31,962 nt of DNA from a virus. Where the stretch lies: the IMG/VR virus record IMGVR_UViG_3300045988_073522, positions 1 to 31,962 of that record; one strand, given 5' to 3'. Shown here piece after piece: positions 17,648 through 27,437 of this stretch (within the stretch, counting starts at the first letter, position 1; each line of letters starts with the position of its first letter). Position numbers and translations under genes: made by a program. The notes beneath the pieces are model-generated. The model saw only the letters and a program-made list of their open reading frames with translations. It was not told the origin of the DNA and did not search any database.

Positions 17648-17649
17648 AA

Positions 17650-18771
17650 TTATGCAACTCGATTTATACTTCAATTCTTTGAAGCTATTAATGATTTCTG
17701 TTCATTTGTAAGTTTATCATATGCAGTAGATTTTAATGATATACTTGTATAAGAAGCTACTGCTGTGCCAATAGATTCTGCTATAGTTTGTAATGAATCC
17801 GTAGATAGATTTGGAGATTGTGCAAAATAAAGAATTCCTCCTTTAGTTAAACTCTCTCCTAATCCATTTAAAGCTCCTACAGTAACTAATTCTGGACAAT
17901 TTGCAGCAAAACTAGTACAATCTGTAACAAGATGACAATCTATTTCTGGTGTAGCTGTTAATCTACTACAAGTACTAAACATATAGCTTATATCTGTAAT
18001 TCCAGTAAAGGTAAAATTACTTGGAATAGTTGTTAGATATAATGCTCTATGAAACATATGATTACAATCTCCTTTAAAGGGAATATTAATCGTTATATTA
18101 TCTATATTAGTAGCTCCATCAGCTGTATCTGCAAATGCCCATTTTGGATCTACTAATACAAGATTTTGAAAATTATTCATTACAGAGAAATCATTATTAT
18201 CTATTTTTACTCCAATAAATAAATAATTTGCACTTACTTCTTTAGTAGTTGTAGGTATTTTAACATTAGATAAAGTAGCACTATGTATTGTTTGACCCCA
18301 AAATTGAGATTCACTAGACCATCTTCCATATGCTTCATTAAGATTAGTAATCTCCTGGTTATTTAGATCAAAATGAGATGTGTTAAAAAACCCTCCTTTT
18401 CTACTTAAATCTCCACTATTTAACTTTACATCTGCATATGTTTGAGCAGAACCTATAATACTACAAAGAGGTACACCATCTATATTAAGGGCTAATTCAC
18501 TTAAATCAGCAGTGAAGCTAATTACTGTAGAATTAGAACCAGATCCTCTACCCATTCAATCCCTTTGTATATCATTTATAGTTCCATCATAACTGCTAAA
18601 TACATAACTGCAAGGATCAACTATTGTAGTACCTTGAGGAACTGGATTAGCAACTGTAACCATCTGTGGATTACAAGGATTGATAGGCCAGACTTTGGTA
18701 CTGCCGACATAAATAGCAGTACCTTGTCTGTCACCTACATAAAATGTTTTTAAATCATCTCTAATATTCAT
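17650..18771 (-). CDS. Fibre/receptor-binding-like protein (373 aa)
   Basis: Track ORFs 18556..18771 and 17671..18555 are adjacent and in frame (…IQRD-TGA-MGRGSG…). The second TGA at 17671 follows 'EQKSLIASKN', and the reading continues WSINRVA to TAA 17650. Confidence 0.75.
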
Positions 18772-18772
18772 A

Positions 18773-21175
18773 TTATTCTACAATTAAATATTGTGTATTA
18801 GGATCTTTAGTTGATAAACCATCATACTCTGATTGAGTTAGAACAGTAATAGTATTTATTTGAGGTTGGGTTCCAGTTCCAGCTTCAATATAGTTTCCAG
18901 CAGGCTGAATACCTAAATCTGATAAACTCTTATTGCCAGATAACTCAACAGAATTAATCTGAGGTTTATTTGTTAACTGAGTATAGTCAGTAGTCCCTCC
19001 ACCTCCAGATATTTCGAGATTACCTTCTCCTAAAATACTTTCACCATTAATAGTCTTTATATTAGTCCCAGAGACTAATTGCTCTTGATAACTATGATAA
19101 CTAGTATCTGCTGATACTCCAGTTGGAGTAATAGTAGTTTGAACCAAAGTATGATTAGCTGTAGTACTTTCAAAATGGAAAGTAGCTTGAATATTTTCTC
19201 CTGAAACAAAACATACTTCTGGAGCTGCTATATCACCATAACCTAGAATATTTACATAATAAAGCTCAAATGGTGTTTTATTAGCTATAGCATTCTTAAC
19301 AGCAGCGAAATCTCCAGAAAGATGAGTAGTGGAATTTATAAATAGAAATGGAATATTAGAACCACTTTCAATTTCTATATTACCTTCTCCAAGTAAAGAC
19401 TGACTATTGATTGTTTTGATATTAGTTCCACTTACAAGTAAATCTTGCTTAGTAGCCATCTCTTTATCAAGTGAATCAATCTTATTTCCATCTTCTTCTT
19501 GCTTTGTTTTAATAATTGATATGTCTGAAGTATTAGTTGCTACTTGAGTAGATAAAGATTCTACCACAGAAGAATCAGCTTTACCAGCAAGTTCTGTTTT
19601 TGTTGCATAATCTCCTACAGGCTGTTTAGTAGCAAGCTGCTCATCAACATAAGTCTTATCTGCTTTACCTGCTAAATCTCCAGAAACCTCTGCTTCAGTT
19701 ACAAAGTTAGAATCATTAGTAAGCTCACTAACTTTAGTTGGAATATCACTCTTTAAAGCATAATCTCCTTTATCTTGTTTTAGATCTATTTTTCCTTCTA
19801 AAGAAGTTTCTAATGTATTAACCTTATCATTAGTTGCATAAGTAGATAAATCTACAGATAATTGAGTCTTATCTTCATTAAAAGCTAATGGAGCTTGAGG
19901 AGCAAATACTCCTTGTTTTTCCTCAAGTTTGGCATCTACTTCTTCTTTAGTATATCCTTTATTAATAAGATCAATCTCAGTAACTTTAACAGTCATATTA
20001 CCATTATTTACTAAGATTGCATTAATAACTACTAATACACCATTATCTTGGAAATAATAGCCATATAAATCAATAGTTTCAGGATGTTCAATAGTTGCAA
20101 CAGGAATAACTATAATATCACCTTTATATGTAATCTGGCAGAATAAATAGAAGTCCAGATTAGTTCTAATAAAGTCATAGATATGTTTCTGTCTTACAGG
20201 ATCATTCTCATCTAAATTAAGTAAGAAATGATTCTCAAAAGCAGAGATTACATTATCTATAATAGATATATTCTTTCCTGCTGTAAGCGTTCCCTGTTTT
20301 GAAGCTATCTCTTTATTAATAGCTGTATTTAAAGCATCAATTTCAGCTTTGGTATATTTATCTGCTAATTGTGCGTATAGAGGGCCATTAACAATACCAG
20401 CTTGGTTAGTCTCTGTATTATATATTGGAAGTTCAACTGCTTCTCCAGTTTGATTACCAAATACAGGAGCTAAAGTAACTTTAGATGGGACTGATTGAAT
20501 ATTAATGGCAGGTACGATTGAAGCTGCTCCAGATAATTCAGTTCCATTTAAAGATGGTTTGTTACGAATAGTATTATAATCTGCAGAAATAGTATTCTCT
20601 TCAATTACTATACCATCACCTTGGTTTAATTTATTCTGTTTAGAATTTATTGCACTTTCAGTAGCTTCTTTTGTAAGATAATTATCTTCAACTCATTTTT
20701 CAGTAGCATATCCATCTAAGCTACTAATAAACCCACTATCATTAGTTAATTGTGAAGTTTTTGTTGGTATCTCAGATTTATCAGCTTTATTGGCAACTGC
20801 ATCTGAAATTTCAGTTGTAACCTCTTCTTTAGTTGGATAATCAGCTAATCGTTCAGTTATCTGATTATCAATATTTTCAGCACTTGGAATAGTACTCTTT
20901 ATTTGCTCTAACTCAGAATTAATAGTAACAATATCTTCAGATGACGCTAATCCCAACTCTTCTGAAGTCATATTACCATTTAACTCAATACTATTGATCT
21001 CAGGTTTATTCTGAAGATCAAAATAGCTATTAGTAGCTAACTGAGAACCATCCATAACCTTAACTTCATCATCCTTGTCAATAACAATAACTTTAGTCAC
21101 ATTTGACTTATCTATTGTTTCGACTTCAAGGACATTAAGATAAGGAAGAATTGTCTTTTCAGTTTCGTTTGCCAT
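18773..21175 (-). CDS. Long tail fibre (800 aa)
   Basis: 20693..21175 and 18773..19996 share a frame. By hand translation the 696-nt gap between them contains no TAA/TAG. The single TGA at 20693 reads '...GYATEK-W-VEDNYLTKEA'. Internal repeats 'KP(E/Q)INS(I/V)EL(N/S)GN' and 'LVSGTNIKTIN'. Confidence 0.75.
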
Positions 21176-21218
21176 ATTATTTTTCTATAAAATATAAATT
21201 ATTCATTATGTGGTATAT

Positions 21219-21255
21219 AAACAAAATAAGGGGCAAGTAAATTAATACTCGCCCC
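21219..21255 (-). terminator. Rho-independent terminator after the tail-tube gene
   Basis: Minus-strand reading: GGGGCGAGT-attaattt-ACTTGCCCC (one G-U pair) followed by TTATTTTGTTT. Confidence 0.65.
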
Positions 21256-21266
21256 TCTTTCTGTTA

Positions 21267-21791
21267 TTAAGCACCTACAACGCTTTGGATAGCTTCTGCA
21301 GATAACTCATAAGGATAAGAATCTGAATCTGTTGAAAGTGTCAGAGTATAAGCATTCTGATCACCTTTAGCAGTACCAGTAACACCCGTACCAGCGGAAG
21401 CGCTTACATAATCATCTTTACCTAAGAACCAATACTTACCATTGCTATCTTCAACAACAACTGCAAGCTGACCAATTGATAAAGCTGCAATCTCTACTCG
21501 TTTTGCTGTTTCCATCTTTGTAAATACAAGAGCAAGCTCATTACTTACATAATTAACACCAGCACTTTCATCTACATTTAAAGTTGAGGTTAGAGAACCA
21601 GTAGCCTTTCTAAATTGGTAGTTATACCATTTAGCTGAAGACTCAAGAGTAATAGCTGAAATCATATTGCTCTCAGGATCAACCGTTACACTTTTAACAT
21701 CTGCATACTGGGTAATCCATACCTGTTTGATTCCACCCAATGAAGGTTGGCAATCAAGTGTGATTCCTGCGATAGTTATTAAACAAGCCAT
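21267..21791 (-). CDS. Putative major tail (tube) protein (174 aa)
   Basis: Intact ORF, 3 Trp all TGG, GC-richer than its surroundings. Lies directly after the capsid gene and is followed by a strong terminator. The sequence pattern resembles siphovirus tube proteins. Confidence 0.55.
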   Translation of the reverse strand: MACLITIAGITLDCQPSLGGIKQVWITQYADVKSVTVDPESNMISAITLESSAKWYNYQFRKATGSLTSTLNVDESAGVNYVSNELALVFTKMETAKRVEIAALSIGQLAVVVEDSNGKYWFLGKDDYVSASAGTGVTGTAKGDQNAYTLTLSTDSDSYPYELSAEAIQSVVGA

Positions 21792-21831
21792 AATTTCAAT
21801 ATCATTTAGAAGTTAATAAAATCTATTGAAA

Positions 21832-22737
21832 TTAAGCCTTGGCGCCTAATACTACTTCGTCAGGGAAAGCAACTTGTACACCAGCGTTAAATTCAATAGC
21901 TAATCTGAACTCGCGGAAATCCTGTGAATACCACAATTCGAATTTCTCTTCATCGTTCATCATATCTACACCATAGAAGAAGTTCTTGTCTAACTGACCA
22001 GCAACAATCTTATCAGTTCCATTAAGACCATTAACAGCAATAACCTTAACCTGTGAACCAGGAAGATAAATCTCACCATTAAGGCTCTCTCCGCTATAGT
22101 GGAAATAGTTCTTCTCAACAAGTTCATTTACGAACTTACGGAACATATCGGCACCAACAAGAATCGAAGCACCATCAAGAACCTTCTCAGGAATTGCATT
22201 ATAAACTGCCATAATATCAGTATAGGCAGATTCTCCAGCAATTTCTACATCTACAGTACCATTATCAGCAGCAAGAATCTTAAGCAGACCATCAAAATAC
22301 TTCAAGTTATTAGTTTCTGAAGCCGTATCACCCTGCCAGATAGCTACCTCAATAGCCTCTTTTACGTTCTCTACAACAGCATTTACGAAATCCTCTTCAA
22401 AAGGAAGAGTCTTCTGACCAGCGGCTACCTTAACTGCATACTGAGTCCAGTATTTCAGCATAGCCTTATCGCAATATGCCATATTAATCTTAATATTACC
22501 AGTCTTAAGAATTCTCTGAGAAAGAGTCTGAGTTCCAGCCTCATCCCAACCACAAGTAAGACCATCACCGAACTGAACATCGGTAGATAACAGGTTAAGA
22601 GCAGCATCAGTTTTAATATCTGTCTGAAGATTAAACAAACTTGCACTCTTAGCTTTTAAAACCGCTTCCTTAATAAGAGGGAGACGTCTTTGCTCCACAT
22701 AAGCAGGAAGAGTTGTCATTACAGGACTATTTGCCAT
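21832..22737 (-). CDS. Major capsid protein (301 aa)
   Basis: Intact ORF, 4 Trp all TGG, clearly higher GC. Follows the protease and scaffold-like genes in the canonical order. Confidence 0.7.
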   Translation of the reverse strand: MANSPVMTTLPAYVEQRRLPLIKEAVLKAKSASLFNLQTDIKTDAALNLLSTDVQFGDGLTCGWDEAGTQTLSQRILKTGNIKINMAYCDKAMLKYWTQYAVKVAAGQKTLPFEEDFVNAVVENVKEAIEVAIWQGDTASETNNLKYFDGLLKILAADNGTVDVEIAGESAYTDIMAVYNAIPEKVLDGASILVGADMFRKFVNELVEKNYFHYSGESLNGEIYLPGSQVKVIAVNGLNGTDKIVAGQLDKNFFYGVDMMNDEEKFELWYSQDFREFRLAIEFNAGVQVAFPDEVVLGAKA

Positions 22738-22758
22738 AATTATTTAAAATTTTATAAA

Positions 22759-23373
22759 TTAACCAATAAAGTTTTTAAGCTTTCTATCTATTTCTGCTAT
22801 TCCACTTATAGGAGCAGTTGTTTTATTTTCGAGTGTTTCCTCTGCTGAAAAAGCAGCACTCATCTTACTCATTTTTTCTACAGTCTTTTCAGTAGCTTCT
22901 GACTTTCCTTCAAGTTCTGCTACTTTCTTAACAAGCTTATCTACAATATCATAGAGCTCATTAATTTCGCGATGAATAGCGTCGATTGCATCAGTCTCAG
23001 TTTCTTTAACACCGTCTGTTTCAACAGCAGGATCAGCAACTTCCTCAGCTTTTACTCTCTTAGTTCCACAAGCAGCATCAACCTCAACAGTTCTCATACC
23101 CTCATCTGGATCAACTTCAGCTTTAGGATCAGTAATGGACTCTACTTTACCGTCTTTAACAACAATAGTTTTGCCATCTTCGGTAACATACTCACCATCA
23201 GCAGCAGGTGCATATTCGCCAGTATCAGTATCCATTGTATATACACTCATACCTGCCCTTAGATCCTCATCCTCACTACCATCGTAAGTTAGAACTCCAG
23301 CACTAGTCTTAACATCGTTAAATTTTGCTAAGAGTTTACTAAGTTCGATTCTCAGTTTAGTTAATTTGTTCAT
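22759..23373 (-). CDS. Scaffolding-like acidic coiled-coil protein (204 aa)
   Basis: Very D/E/K-rich with helical N- and C-terminal segments. Located between the protease and the capsid gene. TAA stop. Confidence 0.55.
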   Translation of the reverse strand: MNKLTKLRIELSKLLAKFNDVKTSAGVLTYDGSEDEDLRAGMSVYTMDTDTGEYAPAADGEYVTEDGKTIVVKDGKVESITDPKAEVDPDEGMRTVEVDAACGTKRVKAEEVADPAVETDGVKETETDAIDAIHREINELYDIVDKLVKKVAELEGKSEATEKTVEKMSKMSAAFSAEETLENKTTAPISGIAEIDRKLKNFIG

Positions 23374-23968
23374 ACTTAAATTTAAAATTTTTATGATAGT
23401 TTTGTTTATTTTTGCAACATTTTATAATAGCACTATGATCAAAATTTCCGTTTCTTTCAGCGTCCATAGCAGATTTCCAAGTGCATATATAAGTATCATT
23501 AATATCTGTCATAATTATACGTTTACTTACTTTTTCTTTCTGCTGTTCAGTTTGTTTAGTTCCCAATCTACATTCTCTTAACTTTAATTTTGTTTCATCC
23601 TTTAATACTCTTCCAGACTGTTTTAAAGACATTTTGTGTTTAGATTCTTCACTGTGTTTAAATCCAGTATTAGAACCTCCACCTTCATTTAAATTATAAC
23701 CATTATTTAATGTATCAAATAACTGAATATATTTAATTTCTGCATTATTTAGTTGTCTTTTCAATAATTCTGTAGAAGAACAACAAAAGATTTGAAGAAT
23801 TTCCCATTTAAAGTTATTGAATCCATATTTCCTAATCGCTCTATGAAAATATGTAAGATTAGAACTGTATTTATGTTCATTCTTTCTTCTCAAGAAATTA
23901 TTTGTTTGTCCTACATATTTATTGCCATTTATAAGATTTGTTGCTAGATATATAACTCCACTATACAT
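23357..23968 (-). CDS. GIY-YIG homing endonuclease, copy 2 (203 aa)
   Basis: 'GVIYLATNLINGNKYVGQT', 'RRKNEH', 'YGFNNFKWEIL', 'GYNLNEGGG'. C-terminal module 'ICTWKSAMDAE..SAIIKCCKNKQNYHKNFKFKY'. Inserted between the protease and scaffold genes. Confidence 0.85.
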   Translation of the reverse strand: MYSGVIYLATNLINGNKYVGQTNNFLRRKNEHKYSSNLTYFHRAIRKYGFNNFKWEILQIFCCSSTELLKRQLNNAEIKYIQLFDTLNNGYNLNEGGGSNTGFKHSEESKHKMSLKQSGRVLKDETKLKLRECRLGTKQTEQQKEKVSKRIIMTDINDTYICTWKSAMDAERNGNFDHSAIIKCCKNKQNYHKNFKFKYEQIN

Positions 23969-23969
23969 T

Positions 23970-24560
23970 CTATTTAACTCTTTTTATTTTTCTCAACATT
24001 TTTTGAATCTCTTTAAGTTCCTCATATTCATCAGATTGTCTTTCTAAAGTAAACAATCCCTCAATAGATAACCCTTTAAACTTTCCAGCTTTAATTGCAT
24101 CCCATATAACAGGATTATTTACTTTATAAGTAGCAAATAATGAACCATCTGGACAATCAGCAAATTCAACTGGATTAATTCCTCTATCTATATCTTTAAC
24201 ATATAGTTCTTGAAGAATTATTCCAGGAATTACTGAATCTTCCAAATGTTCAATATTTACATCAGTAGTTCTCTTATCATACATCATTTTTTCAGCCATT
24301 AAACGGAGAGTTTCTTTATCATATTGAATATAATATTCTCCGTTTTTACTATCCCGTCTAAATATAGGTATATCACATACCATTAAACAAGAAGTAACTA
24401 TATGTTTTTCTTCATCCATCGAGAACTTCTGAGATTCCCCAAAAGCAAGCCAATTAACTTGGGTTGCAGGTTTACTGGTCAATGCTACGAACTCTATTCC
24501 ATCACAATCATCAGCAATAATTGCTTGATATAATGGAAGATCATTATACATTTTTTCCAT
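23970..24560 (-). CDS. Putative prohead protease (XkdF-like, 196 aa)
   Basis: Sits upstream of scaffold/capsid. 'HIVTSCLMVCDIPIFRRDSKNGEYYIQYDKETLRLMAEKMM...VNIEH' recalls the XkdF-type family. TAG stop, no TGA. Confidence 0.5.
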   Translation of the reverse strand: MEKMYNDLPLYQAIIADDCDGIEFVALTSKPATQVNWLAFGESQKFSMDEEKHIVTSCLMVCDIPIFRRDSKNGEYYIQYDKETLRLMAEKMMYDKRTTDVNIEHLEDSVIPGIILQELYVKDIDRGINPVEFADCPDGSLFATYKVNNPVIWDAIKAGKFKGLSIEGLFTLERQSDEYEELKEIQKMLRKIKRVK

Positions 24561-24640
24561 TTTTTATTAATATATAAGCTATTTTAAAAATGTAATATTG
24601 TTACAATCTTTTATTTTTATATATTTATATACTATCAAAT

Positions 24641-24688
24641 GTCAAGTTTTTTACTCAAATTTGTATCTAAGATAAATAAATTTTGACA
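24641..24688 (-). repeat. Conserved intergenic element, copy 4 (48 nt)
   Basis: gtcaagttttttactcaaatttgtatctaagataaataaattttgaca, upstream (minus-strand sense) of the protease gene. Confidence 0.8.
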
Positions 24689-24691
24689 TAG

Positions 24692-24735
24692 CACTACTAT
24701 ATAAGCACTGATAATCAGCAACTTACATAGTAGTG
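24692..24735 (-). other. Long hairpin CACTACTAT-N26-ATAGTAGTG with an inner palindrome CTGAT-t-ATCAG
   Basis: 9-bp perfect outer stem read directly. Lies between the stop of the TMP-like gene (24756) and element copy 4. Confidence 0.5.
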
Positions 24736-24755
24736 TGTCAGAAATTTTACTCACT

Positions 24756-27437
24756 TTAGAAACTTGCATTTGATTCTGTAACTGCAACTTTAGTTTGAGC
24801 ATTAGTAATATCACTCTCAACTACATAGCATTTAACAGGTTCATTTAATAAATCAGTCTCTTTATCACCAAGTAAGTTTCGAGTGTATTCTACAGGAGTA
24901 GTGTTTAAAGCAGCAGGTGCTGCAACAGATGCAGAAGCAGAAGATGCAGATGCTCCACTAGTTTCATCTACTTCTCAAATCTTTTTAACATTAGCTATAC
25001 CAGCTGCAATTGCTGCAGCAGCGGCGGCAGCACCTAAAGCTGGACCTACAACTGGAATACCAGCCATTGCAGAATAAGCACTGTTAGCTGCACTATATGT
25101 ATCAATTAAAGCTTGAGCTGTTGCGAATCCTTTACCTACTTTACTTTCCTCTCCTCATATAGTTGCCATACTTCCTGCAACCTTTGATGCTAGATCAAGG
25201 CGAGCTTTTATAGATTCTTGATATTGCTTATTAACATTTTCTCTAACTTTGTTTTTCTTATTTTCTCTGTCTATTTCATTTTCAGTTAATTGCTCATCAA
25301 TAGAATCTAATTCTAGTTTAATAAGTTTTCTCTGATCAGCTGTTAAAGTCTCATTTTCTAATTGTTTTAATAGAAAAGACTTCTGCTCCTCCAATCTTGT
25401 TTTTATTTGATTATTATATTTATCTATAGAACCTTCTTCAGTATCTGTTCCTAATAAACGATCTTTATATCCCTCTATGTCTTTTTTGCTTGAATAAGAG
25501 AACTCACCACTTAATCCAAATATTTTGGCAAATCCTTGTGTATATTGAGTTTTAGGAATTTCTAAAGATGGATCTTTTATATCATACCTTGCCTCGCGCA
25601 TTCTTTTTAACTCAGTCTGCAGATCATCTCAAGCTTTATCCGCAGCACTTTTTCTTGCATTTTCTTCATCTTCTCTAGCCTTATCTCTAATTTTCTTCAG
25701 CTCTTCTTGATGCCAAGCCTCAACTTCTTCAAGACTTCTATTATTTTTAATAGCTAGCGCTAATAGTCTAATATATTCATCTTCAAGTTCGTCTACGGGA
25801 TTTTTGGCATTTAGTCTATTCTGTAACCATACATCAAACTCATTTATTTCTTCTTTAGCCTGTGTAGTGTTATTTTTAATGACTTCTATGTCAAAAAATC
25901 CTCCATATTTCTTATTAAGCTCAGCCACATCTTCAAACATCTTTCTGAGTCTTTCTTCTATTTCTCTGTTTAAGTCTGAAAGCTCATTATAAGTGTTTTC
26001 TTTGTTTTGTTTAGTATATTCATATATCTGACCTTGATAGTCCTTCCAAAACATTGCGGTGGCTTTAAATGCTTGCCAAGCAGACGCTTCTCCAAAATTA
26101 GTATCTTCTATCTTATTTTCAAGCTCAGAACGTTTATTTAAATACTCTTCGTAGATTTTAATTGCTTGCTCCTCTATAGCTTGAGCTTTGGCTCTTGCTG
26201 TTAAAGCAGCTACATAATTTCCAGTATTATTAATAAATGCGTCTTCTGCTTGAGCTACAGTGTTAATATTTAAACCAGTCTCTTTAATCTTATCTGCATA
26301 TTTATTAAGGAACTCTTGTTTAGCATCAGCTGAATCTCCAACTCTTTCATATGCTATCTGAAGCTCTTTAAATATAGCAATAGACTTAGAAGAAATTTGA
26401 TTAGTAGCATCAGTGATAGATTTTCTAAATTCTTCTTGCTCTTTAGCAGCTGTTCTTATAGAAGATACATAATCTATTACCTTATTAATAGCTAATCCAA
26501 TAGCTGTAGCTAAAGCTATCCATACTGTTACATTACCAATAGTTTTAAGAGCTGTAGTTGCTTTTGAAAATGCTGTAGTTGCCTTAGCAGCTTGTGAAGT
26601 CCCATCTGCCAGCCCTTTCGCAGCATCTGCTTGTTTATTCAATGCTGCTGCAATTGCTGGAGAATTCCTTTTTAATCTCTCTAACTCTTCACTGGTGACT
26701 TTCATACTGTTAGCAGAATTCTTAACAGTATCATTAAATTTGCCAACTATGGGAATGGTATTAGATACACTCTTATTAGTAGCAGATATTTCAGCAGGAG
26801 TGCCCATTACTCCTTGAATCATACCTCCTTTAAAATTAATATTGGTGCCTTCTAAATCCTTGACTACTTTAGAGATATTACCTAATTCAGTTCCAACATT
26901 ACCAACAGATGTGCCAATGCCATTAAGCTTAGATGCATCAATCTGATTAAGATTTTTGGCAGCATTATTCAACCCTGTATTAAATGGAGAGATAAAATCA
27001 GTTAATTTCTTAAACCAATTACCTAAAGTAGGCAATTCTTCTAATAAATCTTTTATACCTCCAATACCTTGTACTAATGCAATAGATGACTGTAACTTAA
27101 CCATTACTTTATTTAAATCTTCTGATTCTTTCCCAAATAAAGTAATAGCAGCAGTTGCAGCTCCATATCCACTGGCCAAACCAGTGGATATTTTAGCTAC
27201 ACTTTCAAACCTTTGAGCAGTAGTTCTTGAAGATCTTGCTATCTGCTCATTAATTTTATTGAACTCTGATTGTCTTTTACCTAGTAATGCAAGAGTTTCA
27301 TTATATTCCTTAGTACCAATCTCTAAATCATTCAGAGAACTAGATAATGCGTCAATATCTTTCTTTAAAGAGTTTATTGATTTATTACTTGATTTAGTAT
27401 CAATACTAATAACCTTTTTAATTTCTGTTTGTGCCAT
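24756..27437 (-). CDS. Tape-measure-like protein (893 aa)
   Basis: Track ORFs 25629..27437 and 25155..25601 are in the same frame. They are joined across TGA 25629, then read through TGAs at 25155 and 24975 to TAA 24756. Long coiled-coil regions, hydrophobic 'VTVWIALATAIGLAI', Ala/Ser-rich C-terminus. Confidence 0.7.

Noticed and set aside
11850-17674. Long N-terminal extensions of track ORFs 11850..12377, 16451..16834 and 17411..17674
   Set aside because: The extensions overlap the 3' ends of the upstream genes in other frames and read as low-complexity sequence. Internal ATGs at 12275, 16756 and 17647 sit right at the upstream stop codons and begin the recognisable protein sequence.
18773-21175. 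A diversity-generating retroelement acting on the repeated fibre segments
   Set aside because: There is no reverse transcriptase in the window. The repeated segments differ at all base types, including synonymous positions, rather than showing adenine-specific template/variable-repeat mismatches.
2235-23972. TAG or TAA also being reassigned
   Set aside because: TAG ends well-defined genes (terL at 2878, protease at 23970, fibre at 16749, GIY-YIG copy 3 at 12944, the sigma region-4 ORF at 5218). TAA ends most of the others, often overlapping the next ATG. Neither codon occurs inside the rebuilt frames.
24635-24820. Minus-strand track ORF of 61 aa
   Set aside because: It runs in a different frame across the end of the TMP-like gene, the long hairpin and element copy 4. 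Its sequence is low-complexity L/K/Q-rich with no start context.
24883-25077. Plus-strand ORF encoding an Ala-rich 64-aa peptide
   Set aside because: It is antisense to the Ala/Ser-rich C-terminal part of the minus-strand TMP-like gene, whose frame is continuous here. The GC-rich GCN codons keep the opposite strand open by chance.
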